Assembly: GCA_907165135.1 (NCBI GenBank)
Contig: OU015568.1
Location: 7,502,001 to 7,566,000, forward strand
Origin: Oikopleura dioica
Taxonomy: Eukaryota; Animalia; Chordata
Reading direction: 5' to 3'
Length of the DNA: 64,000 bases
Shown: positions 24,301-34,117 of the stretch, in pieces
Layout of the letters: the number at the start of each line of letters is the position of its first letter
Position numbering within the stretch: position 1 is the first letter of the stretch
The notes under the pieces: generated by a model
What the model was told of the DNA's origin: nothing
The model's input: the letters and a program-made list of their open reading frames with translations, nothing else
Databases searched by the model: none
Translations under genes and position numbers: made by a program

Positions 24301-24948
24301 AAAGACCCATCAATAGAACATATTGTTGGAAGCTCGGTGCCAGAAAAACTACCATTTTACGAGGAAGAAGAATTTTACCCTCAAGTCATAAGAAACTGAA
24401 TAACCGAATATTTAAATAAATTGCTGAAAAAATATCGAGCATAAATTTTACATATCCATTCCTTTTGCCAGTCTCGGCGCATTCGGCAAATTCCATCCAT
24501 GGTTGTTTCTCCCGGGTGCAGAAAGCAAAGGGCATCGTCCAGGCTTCCTGGAGGCAAAGAACATTTACACCAGCAGCTGCAGCGGCTTCAATGATGGATT
24601 CGATCCGAGCGTAGATTGCGGCGAATTGATCCGCGACGGGCGCATCGGTAGGAGCGTGGATGTGGTTTTGAATGAGGCCGATTCTGACCAAATTCGGCTA
24701 TTAAAATGTAAAATCATATAGATATTAAAAAGCAGAGTTACCTTTCGTCCTTGCTCTCGGGCAGTAGTATGCGCGAGCGAGTAAGCTTTGAATTCAAATT
24801 TGCCCGCTTCGGCGAGCCGCTCAGCTTCGGGACAAGCGAGCTTCTCAACATTCTTGCCGTACAGAATTCTTCGCACTTCATCGTAGTCTTCCTTGGGTAG
24901 ATGTTTCTCTAGGCTCTCTTCGAGACTCTTGAACTCGGCGCCACTCAT
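21324..24948 (-). CDS. UPB1: Beta-ureidopropionase (nitrilase family); last exon interrupted by a MITE
   Basis: [69 protein letters not shown], catalytic [40 protein letters not shown]. Confidence 0.95.
21431..21937. mobile_element. hAT-like MITE, family B, inserted in the UPB1 coding sequence
   Basis: 54-bp TIR TAGGGTTATAAGATGAAAATT(C/T)GACCCATTTTTCTAGCTTTGTTTAGGGGTCTT with 1 mismatch; perfect TSD GCTATCGC at 21423-21430 and 21938-21945. Confidence 0.95.
23292..23879 (+). CDS. Intronless four-transmembrane protein nested antisense in a UPB1 intron
   Basis: 195-aa ATG ORF with four hydrophobic helices; TATAAAA at 23231-23237. Confidence 0.75.
   Translation: MENYFKNYLIFISLGQVGVCLSALILSWQLFTDNASLENIPAMLGYICSIFGLVAATCTIYGIKNSKPVWLLIHCVLGVITFTLILPTLGAHLYMLAAAAEGNPALLPLETMSTARSNAWSLSTMIIILALMILLFIATILMSWIVQERLYEEKECKERIIQYMAREDNLETIRRNYQELIMTISDKGTEQTYLV
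24052..24399 (+). CDS. Intronless single-pass membrane protein nested antisense in a UPB1 intron
   Basis: 115-aa ATG ORF with [19 protein letters not shown]; AATAAA shortly downstream. Confidence 0.6.
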   Translation: MFILQNATAAFEAPEIYGDDTIFEGKSVPFMAFVVILALVGIVLGLKGCKIWMEDVEIATTEATVTPAKQPLTAKISGFNPLYKDPSIEHIVGSSVPEKLPFYEEEEFYPQVIRN

Positions 24949-26189
24949 TCTCTTTCTTCGTTTTTATGTTTTTGAAACTTCCTACCAAAAATACAAAAGA
25001 ATGGGCTTTTCTTTTATGGGAGTTGCCCGGCTAACCCTAAGGGCACAAGATAATGACTACCTGACGATAATTTATGATGGATAAATTGTCTAAAATTTCT
25101 CTTTTACGTGTCCCTGAAACTTTGGTTGAAATTGAAGTCGGCTTCTAGAAATTTTCTTTACAGTAACATGCTTGTTTAATATTTAATTAAAAGGGCCCTT
25201 GAATTTGCATTTGACAAAATTGAAATCTGAAGAGTCGGTAAACAGCGGACACGACAGTAATTGCCTCTTGCTTTATTTATTTCGAACATTGTATGGCTAA
25301 TACAGTCAGTGAACTTTAAACAGTCGAATATCTCTTCGTTTACTTGCCGCCCATCAAGAAATTTTCATTGCCAAGATCGTTCGCTAGATCTTTCTCTCCA
25401 GGTCAAAAACGCGATCCTTGTTGATTTATGTTTGGTAAAAAATGACCTTTTCCTTGGAGAAAAAACTGCAAATTATTTGAATCATCCGATTCCTGCCACA
25501 TTCTCTTACTATCCTGTCTCATCCAATCTTCTCCATAAGGTCGATAGCTTCCGAAATTCGTGTGCATGCTGTAAGCACTAATTGCTTGCGCCAGAGCTAG
25601 AAAGATCGGAAAGCTGAAGAGGGGTTCAAACAAATCAATAATCAAAAATATAAAATAAAAAATGTTGAACCCGCAAAACTGAGCATTTTACAATCTGTGG
25701 TCGATCTATCGCCCCGTTCGGCTTTTTATAAAGTGTGCTTGACTCATTGCCATTTAATTAAAAATGCAGTTCTCCTATAAGCTCGTTAGCACCCGAATCT
25801 GATTGTAAACCGCCAAGCAAATGGGCTATCCACCTCAGCTGAATAACAACGTCTCTTCACCAAGACCAACAGCTTTGTTCACAAAGCCGCAAAATTTATC
25901 CAACCACGATTTCAAATTTTGAATATCCAATAGCTTTCTGGTTCATTTTTCAATAAATATCGACCGAATCGAACTTCAAGCTCTTCGAGGAAACATAGAC
26001 AATGAGTGTATTTTCCGGTAACTGACGGACGTGTTCAACAAATCGCCGCGTAATTCAAGTTCTGCGCTCAATAATTGCCAGCCACGTCTAGATTTCCTGT
26101 TTCGCAAGCCTTGATTGACATCGTCGTTTACCCCCAATTTCCACACATGTAAATAGCTCGCCAAACCTTCAGAAAACAAAAACAATTCA

Positions 26190-27222
26190 ATGAAAGTTTT
26201 GCAAGTTTTATTTTTGCTCGCTGCTTCTCAAAACGGCAAGAAGAAGAAAAACAAGAAAAATAAGAACACACCGGATTCAACCGTAATCCATCCGAATTAC
26301 TGCGACTACTTCGATCTTGACTGCGAAGCCATGGACGATTCGGCTGAGAATAGAATTCAGCGACAGATTTGCTGCGAAGGATACAATGTAACGGAAAGGC
26401 TTTATTACTAGACTGCTATTAATTTGAGAATCTATATCTACATCTATCATTAACGTCATTGTCTGACACTGCAATGTCTACGACAATGTATCACGTGTGA
26501 CATGTCTATAATTAATTTTAACAGGATATGAAACTTTATCAATAATTGATATTCCCTTTCTCTTCCTTTATAATTCCTAATTAACCAAGAAAACAGCCCT
26601 TTGAAAAGACAACTGCCGTACCCACAACTAAAAAGCCGACAACCATAACAACGAAAAGGACAACCAAAGAACCGACAAAACGGCCCTGGAGTGATCGATT
26701 AACCTGCTTTCACTGCGATGCCAAAAACATGGACGAATGCATGGCGACGGGGTACTACAAAGAATGCGATTACAACGAACAGTCTTGCATGATTGAAGCG
26801 AGGCATCGTGGAGGACGCACGGAGCAAGTAAGTTAGGAGACGGCGAAAATGAATTGATTAACGAGTATTGGATAATTATGAGCTTCATTTATTCTGACTA
26901 CTAATGAACCTGCTTGTCGAACATTGCCAATTTTATATTGGAAACCGATATATTCATAAGAGCCAAAAAGGATTTTTCTCCATTTGTTCCTCCAGCTAAT
27001 ATAACTTGTTAGGTGCGAATGCTCTGCAAACAACCCCTCGCCTGCCAAAACAACAAGGCCCAAAACTTCGGCCGAAATCGTCAGTGCCGACCAGAATCAA
27101 AACGAAACAACCCCCAGCCTTCTGTCTGCCGCCAGTGCTGCTACGAATCTGGGTGTACCGATTTTTTCAACCCGTTGAGTTCATCCGCCTGGAGAAAAGC
27201 GTATCGAAAGCGATATCAATAA
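26190..27222 (+). CDS. Secreted protein: basic N-terminus, Thr-rich linker, Ly6/uPAR-like Cys-rich domain
   Basis: MKVLQVLFLLAAS leader, GKKKKNKKNK; later exon KTTAVPTTKKPTTITTKRTTKEP-LTCFHCDAKNMDEC..CDYNEQSCMIE..|VRMLCKQPLACQNN..CRQCCYESGC. Confidence 0.7.
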
Positions 27223-27389
27223 TTCAAATCGAAATGTATCTATCGAGAATGTATAGTTTTCAATATTTCCATTTTTATATCGACTTTTATTAAATAAACG
27301 GAAATTTGCAAAAAAACATGTTTTAGACTCATTCAGATTCAAGGTTTTAGTAGCAGGAAGAAGAAGCAGTACGTCAGGAACTGTAAAAT

Positions 27390-28744
27390 GTTAATTTCAA
27401 ATTGGGCGACCGGTTAGTTGAAGTCAGCTCGAGGTCGGTTTATCAGAAGTTCGCAGTTTTTGAAGCAGGTTTATTCCGACTGGGCATGTTTCGTCCAACA
27501 CCATCAGGGACGAGTTCGGTTGGGTCAGATCAGAGCAGCAGATTTTTTGGCAATCTTCCATTGAAGGGTTGAAAATTAAATTAATCTGTCAATAAATTTG
27601 ATCATTTCATCCTTTCCTGATGCATCTGCTGAGCGAATAAATTCAAATGGCAGCATCATTCTTGTACCGGTCAGCGAAACGAATTTTCCCGGTTGAATCA
27701 TTTGACCTAAACTTTAACTGTGACGAAAGATAGCTTATTGATACCTATGGCACTGAGAGCTGATGATGACTTGAGTAGAAGCTGGCGGTAGTTGAGGAAC
27801 TGGTTTGGAAAGAGCTGAGTAAGATCGTCTCCCAATAAAGTGAGTTTTTGGCCGCTGAACACGTCGCGCGGGATGTCTTCCTTGATTTCAAAACTCTGAT
27901 CGAAAATGCACGATCATTTCTGCATGTTTTGAAACCTTCCTGGCCACGACTCAGCCTCGTCGTCAACGAAAATCGTCAGAACCATCTCGATATTCTCCAT
28001 TGAGTCTTGCTGTCTTCCAACAAGAACGATGCTCATCACGAGTCCAAAGATCTCATCCTCATCCCTGAGAGAACTAATGAGCGCAGTGGGAGTATTCTTC
28101 AAGTCCAACATGCTTTCCTGAAGACCAGACATTATCCGCTTGTACAATTCCGGTTTCTTCTCGTTCCTCACGCTGCAGAGAGGTCGGAAACTTTCCCATG
28201 AGCCGGCACGATCGCTTGGCGTAACTAAGATGACCCTGAAAGGACACATTTACTTGTCAGAAGTCTTCAAAAGAAACAACTTTCAATCAATTCAATGAGG
28301 GTGTTTTACCTTTTTGGAGCTTGTCGAGCGGGTAATTGAAGAACCATCGAATCGCCTGTAGGCTTTATCGAACAAGGAAGAGCAACGAGAAAGTCACCGG
28401 GTCTTACAACGGGAAAGCATTGTAACGGAAAGCTATCTGAATCGCCAGAGGTCCAGATCCAGAGATAGATGTGTTCGGCGATGAAGAGGTCGTCCTCGGA
28501 TTGACGGGAGAACCAAGAGAGCTTGATTGAGAGACGCCAGTCGGTTGAATCCGACCATTTATGAGGACCTTCGATCGCGCTGACGAACCCGCACACTCCT
28601 GTAAACAAATCAATCAATTATCAATTAATAAAATATTTTAATTAGAAAATTATTTCTTCTAGATTTTATCTTGAACTTCCCTAGAACTCCATTAGGCTTA
28701 ATTTTGAGTCTGTTCATCTGGCTCACATTCAGAATCTCGACCAT
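27390..28744 (-). CDS. OB-fold protein, POT1-like (tentative)
   Basis: GVCGFVSAIEGPHKWSDSTDWRLSIKL....FPVVRPGDFLV resembles the POT1 OB1 pattern GVV..F.PP...GTD...V...LP...GDIV; 3' end approximate. Confidence 0.4.
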
Positions 28745-28913
28745 TTTGATGAGTTCAAGAAATGAACGAAAAATACTCTGATTCAGTGGATAAGTTTTTT
28801 ATTGAAGGATGATTCTCAGGAGAGGCTGATTGGCCGCGCAACTCAGAGGAATGCCAATCGGCCCTCGCCCTACTTTTACAAGAGAGTGAAAACAGCTGTT
28901 CCTTTTTCATTTA

Positions 28914-29074
28914 CAGTGGGTTGCGCAGGTAGTTGACCCTTTGCGATTGCAGCTTTGGTTGCCCCTTTCCCCGCGCTTTTTCTATTGCTTCTTTCTAGAC
29001 TCGCGCAAAGTGATTGCAGGATTGGTTGACCCTTCGCCCGCTCTTTAGGGGGCAACTACCTGCGCAACCCACTG
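28914..29074. mobile_element. Tc1/mariner-like MITE, family F
   Basis: 22-bp perfect TIR CAGTGGGTTGCGCAGGTAGTTG; TA on both flanks; internal GTTG(A/C)CCCTT repeats. Confidence 0.88.
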
Positions 29075-29274
29075 TACTGAGTTTTACAGTTCAGATTTGG
29101 AAGAATACATTTTTTATTGGAAAGTTATTGCAAATCTTGATTTTTTCCTTTTTTATTTTGTTAAAAATAAGCATTATTTTAATCAATTGAAAATGAAGCT
29201 GTTATTACAGTCATTTGAGCTGTAACCAGCCCTAAAAACAACTGATCCAACTGAAAAGCCCTTTAAAAATCTGG

Positions 29275-29293
29275 CCAATCGTAGCGCGCCAAA
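29275..29293 (+). promoter_or_regulatory. CCAAT box plus E2F-like site upstream of CDC23
   Basis: CCAAT at 29275-29279 next to GCGCCAAA at 29286-29293; this pairing is typical of cell-cycle promoters (motif match only). Confidence 0.4.
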
Positions 29294-29402
29294 TTTCATA
29301 GAGGAATTTCCCGAAGCGATTTCATTTTGACGCTGAATCTGAGTTCTCTTTTCAATTTGAGAAATTTATGTTATTTTGGAAAATAACAACTTTTCATTTC
29401 AG

Positions 29403-32400
29403 ATGAGTATTGTGGACGAAAGTCATTTATCGCAGCGTGCAGAAGAGACGACGTTTTATCATGCGGAGAATATTACATTTTCGAAGAATTTCAGAGAGAA
29501 TCTTATTCAAGCATCTGATGATCTTCTCAACAGGAACAGTTCGAGATTTCTCTCGTCTTAACGGGTCCTCGGCCCGAAAACCTGTGTAGAAACCTGACTC
29601 AGGGAGCTACGCGGCTTTTAATCAAAACCCTTTCAGTTCCCTGAGTCAGGTTTCTACACAGGTTCTCCAGCTGAAAATCGGTTAAAATGAGCTCATCTTG
29701 AACTGATTCAGATGTCTGAACGAAGATGCTCAGTTTCTGGCAGAACTGGGCGCAACATTATCAGAAAATTACCATCACAATGGTCAAGAAGAGAGTCTGG
29801 CGAAATGCCCTACGAATCTTCGCGAGCGGCTTAGAATAATTCAAGGCACCAGGGCTCTGATTTAGTGGAGAGCTTATTTATTCATCGCTTGTTTATCAGT
29901 CTATTTTTTCCTAGCTCTGGGAATAAGCGAGAACGAACATTTACAATTTTCAGTGTTCACAAGTTCAACTTTGTTTGAAAGAGTCGACTTGCAATTCAGA
30001 AGAAGCCGATTATCTTCGGTTTTTGGCAGAGTACAGGAATGATTCTCAGATACCTTTCGCTGGGCAGAGTACAAAACCTGAGTCAGGGTCCTAAAAAATC
30101 TGGCGCCTTCGTTGCTACGCGGCTTTCATTAAAGCTCTTTCAGGACTCTTTCTCGGATTTTGTAAACAGCCAAGCCTATCCCTTTCAATGATTCCGATTA
30201 TTGAAATTGTCATTGAAATCTTAGAAAAGACAACTAGCGCGAAATCTACCGGAGAATTGGACAGAGCAAACTGCATCCGAAGTCGGCATTATCACAACAC
30301 AAGCTGGCTTCGGCCCCTTGAGACTCAAACTCGAACAGAAAGTCCTCAGTGGAAATGCTGATGCGTTTACTGTCTATTTATTAGGTCTTGGTGAGTCTTC
30401 ATATTCGCGCCATTTCCTCTTGAAAAACTGTCTTTTTGTTTTAGCGTACAAAGCGGTTGGAGATTTAGACAAGGCGAAACAGACGTTTATAAAGGCGATT
30501 ACGCTGTATTCCTACTTATGGGGAAGTTTCAACTAAAATAACTCTACGAGAAAGTCCACTAAATAGAAGAAAATATTTTCTCGAGAAATCTTTTCATAGA
30601 AAAAATCACCATTTTGAACTAGGATCGACAAGTCCCACCCGACACCCGATCGAAAACCGACGTTTTTGTCGGGTTTTTGTTGGATTTTGCCGACCCTACA
30701 AAAACCCGACGCTGAAATTTTGGCGACCCTACAAAATCAGGTTTTTATAGGGTCATTTATCGGATTTTTGTAGGGTATTTTCGTCGGGTTTCTATTCGGA
30801 TCTACTCATCAGTTTGATTAAAGATAGTACCCGAAATTCTGGTAGCCAAAAATTCTGTCTAGTTTCACCGATTTTGATTCATTTTACTTGATTCAACTTC
30901 AGTGTTGTGAAAACCCGACAAGAACCCGACAAAGACCCGATAAAAACCCGAAAAATACCCTACAAAAACCCGAAAAATACCCTACAAAAATCCGATAAAA
31001 ACCCGACAAAAACCCGACGAAAACCCGACAAAAACCCGATCGGAAAAATCAGACTTCAAGGAAATCCGACGAAAACCCGATCCGGATTTCGGGGGCATTT
31101 GTCGATCCTAGATTTTGAAACTTCGAAAAAGCCCGCATGGCGCGGTCTACTGACATGTTTCTCCGGCTCGCTGGAAAGCGTGCAGCAAGAACTGGCCCTT
31201 CTTTGCGTGAATAGCGACTTGAAAGTGTTCTTTCTTTTGGAATACTCGATCCAACACGACGAGCACCTTTCCTCGGCCATCAACGCGATCAATACGTTGA
31301 TTGATATCTTTCCCAACAATACTGACATTCATGGGCTTCTTGGCAGAGCTTACGCCAATAATAGAAACACTTCTTTGGCGATTTCAGCGTTAGAGACTGT
31401 TCGAAACATTACTGAAGATACATCAGTGAAATATATGGACATTTTAAGGTATGAACGAGATAGGAATAATCCAGCAAAAATCCTGAACTTTTTACAAGCA
31501 AATTTTACGCTAAATTCCGATTTTTACTGCTGAAAGTCGAGAAGCCGCTTGCGGCTTCGAGTATGATAAATTTTATCATTGATAAAACTTCAACAGCGCA
31601 GAGCGCGGCTTTTATGTCTATTTTTGCTCAAAGCCGCAGGCGGCTTGACGATTTTTAGCAGCAAATACGATACGACAGAATTATTATCGGAGAATATCCC
31701 ATATTCCCTCCCCAAGTGGAAAACAGCTGCTTAGGGCTATTACAAGAATCATTAATATTCGGCTCACGCTTTCATTCAGTAATCAATACTTCATGAGTCA
31801 GTCGAGAGCGGAGCTCGCCGCTTTAGTACACGCTCTTTGGGCTGTAGAAAAATACTGTTTCGAGACATGCATCGCCACCGCCAACTACTACAGTCTCCGC
31901 GGCGAGAAATCAACTGCGATCGTATATTTTGAACGGTAAGAACAGCGAGCAAAGAAAGGTTAGACGGATTTTGAAAATCCGTCCGGCAATTTACTGCCAA
32001 GGAAGATTCCTCATTTCTAACATGTTTTTAAATTCTTGTAGAGCGATGGTGTTGAATCCGAGCTACTACGATGCATGGACGTTAATTGGACACGAGTATA
32101 TCGAGTTGAGGAATTTTTCGCAAGGCTTGCACTCGTACAGAAAGGCGATCGCTGGGAATCCGAACGACTACAAGGCATGGTATGGCCTTGGCCAGGTACG
32201 ATCGACTTTTGGGAAACACACGCGATGATTTCTGTTCAGGCTTATGAAATGTTGAAAAATCACACGAGCGCCCTGACACATCATCTCAAAGCCCTCGACT
32301 TGCGGCCAAATAACGATAGAATTTGCGAAGCAATCGGTGACTCATACGAAAAGCTCGATCAGCTGCATCTTGCCAAACGATATTTCAAGCGTGCTTCCCG

Positions 32401-34117
32401 GTGAGTTTCTTTTTCCTACAAATCTTCATAGTGAAATAAGGTGGTAAAATAATTTTGCTTTAGTCATTGAAATCGAATTTGTATATCCGCCAAAGTTCGT
32501 AATAATGAATTAAATGATTACGCTGACGATAGAGATATTTCGCTTTTGTGATGGTTATTTTCATTACGTTGTTTTTAGTTTGGGTCAGTTCTCTTCCGCA
32601 AGTTGTCTTTCGAAGATTGCCCGCATTTGTCGAAGACTGAAAGATGACGACAAAGCGGCGAAATACTACGAAATGTATGTTCAAGCAGAGGTCGAAGCAG
32701 AGTTCGAAATCTATGGGAGTAAAATTGGGAGCTCCCAAAGGGAGCTCCCTTTTTTGGGAGCACAGAGGGAGCAGGAGCACAGGTTTCCAGGGCTGGGAGT
32801 AAATTGGGAGCTCCCAATTTGCTCCCAATTTCAAAAATTTTTTGAAAATCAACAATTTTTAGTCTAGAATCTAATCTGCGCACCGAAAAATGAGAAACGC
32901 TTACTTCATAGTATTTTTCTTAGAAGAGACGTTTTTTTGACAAGATATATTAATTAACGTCTCTTTTAAAATTTCATATTAATATATAGCCAAAATCACA
33001 TCTAGTTTGACTTTAATAATTACAACAAAATGTATTTTTCTCAGATTATAAGCATAATTGTTGATTAAGATACCGTGTTTGCTCAGATTTTTATTAGAAG
33101 AGACGTTTTTTGATTCGATTTATCTTTAAATGTCTCTTCTGAAATTTGATATAAATAAATAGCCTAAAATTGACCTAGATTTGGTTATATAATTTTAATA
33201 AGAAAACATTGAAGTCATTCACGAAATTCGCCTTTTTCAAATAGGCTATTTGCCATTATGCCTATTTATACTTTCTTTATCAGCGCTATATAATAACCAT
33301 ACAACAATGGTGTTGCTACTTAGAGTTTACTTAATAAAATGAAAAACTTTCGAAAATTTTTGGAATTTGAAAAAAGGGAGCAAAATTGGGAGCTCCCAAA
33401 GGGAGCTCCCTTTTTTGGGAGCAGGGAGGGAGCAGGAGCACGGGTTTTTTACGAGGGAGCTCCCTTTTTTCAGGGTGAGGGAGCAGGGAGGGAGCGGGAG
33501 CACGGATTTTCTACCAGATTTCGAACTCTGGGTCGAAGAGGACCACTTGGATCAGAGACACGAAGGCTACAGCGATGCGTACCTATTTCTGGCGAAGTAT
33601 TATATTGAAAAGAAGGTTTGTTCTAGCCTTTTTCGGTCGGTGTGCTATTTCAATTAGGAACTTTAAATTAGACGATATTGATTTTAGAGCCAAGATTCGA
33701 ATAAACTCTGTCTAGGAACTTGTTCCTAAGAGGCCTTTAGATTCTTGTCAGCAAACATCGAACCATTTTTTTCACAAGTGTTCGCCGCTATTTACCATCT
33801 TTTTATTATGCTGTTTTGTTCAGGGAGACTATTCTTCCGGCGAAGAGTTTGCCAGGAAGTGTGTTTGGTACATCCCGACGCGAGACGAGGGGGCTAAGCT
33901 CCTCAAGAAGTTGCCAAAGAAAGAACTGTTCTCCTCGACTGGAGTCGTGGATGGCGACATCCCCCGGAGGCCACTCTCTGAGACACTTCCCTCGCAGGAG
34001 ACGAGCCAGCACAAACTCGACAGCAGTAGCAGTGCCAAGTGCCAAGAGAAACACGAAATGGACAAGTTCGACAACTGGAATGATTATGTCAAGCTTAGGA
34101 AATCAAAACTTGAGTAA
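29403..34117 (+). CDS. CDC23: Anaphase-promoting complex subunit 8 (CDC23), multi-exon TPR protein
   Basis: KYCFETCIATANYYSLRGEKSTAIVYFERAMVLNPSYYDAWTLIGHEYIEL, NPNDYKAWYGLGQAYEML, LRPNNDRICEAIGDSYEKL, DAYLFLAKYY, TRDEGAKLL. Confidence 0.93.
29579..29664. mobile_element. MITE family A, copy 5 (shortened), in CDC23 intron 1
   Basis: Perfect 27-bp inverted arms AACCTGTGTAGAAACCTGACTCAGGGA at 29579-29605 and 29638-29664. Confidence 0.8.
30060..30178. mobile_element. MITE family A, copy 6 (degenerate), in a CDC23 intron
   Basis: CTGGGCAGAGTACAAAACCTGAGTCAGGGTCC left arm, decayed right arm; central GCTACGCGGCTTT shared with copy 5. Confidence 0.6.
30619..31111. mobile_element. MITE family D with AAAACCCGA subterminal arrays, in a CDC23 intron
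   Basis: 13-bp TIR CTAGGATCGACAA; perfect TSD ATTTTGAA at 30611-30618 and 31112-31119. Confidence 0.9.
32698..33530. mobile_element. hAT-like MITE, family E, inserted in a CDC23 coding exon
   Basis: 15-bp TIR CAGAGTTCGAAATCT; perfect TSD GGTCGAAG at 32690-32697 and 33531-33538; GGGAGC/GCTCCC subterminal repeats; internal degenerate direct repeat about 32925-33205. Confidence 0.93.

Noticed and set aside
26628-26888. Minus-strand ORF resembling a signal peptide + Cys-rich + GPI protein
   Set aside because: It is the antisense of the Thr-rich and Ly6-like exon of the plus-strand gene, which has canonical splice sites.
30907-31111. K/P/T/D-repeat N-terminal half of ORF 30907..31533
   Set aside because: Derived from the AAAACCCGA arrays of MITE D; only the part after about 31132 is CDC23-like.
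30619-31111. AAAACCCGA/CCCTA units as interstitial telomere or CRISPR-like array
   Set aside because: Units are irregular, have no unique spacers and are bounded by TIRs with a TSD, so they are subterminal transposon repeats.
32575-33608. ORFs rich in GSSQRELPF / WELPKGAPF
   Set aside because: Translations of GGGAGCTCCC subterminal repeats in MITE E; no transposase motifs.
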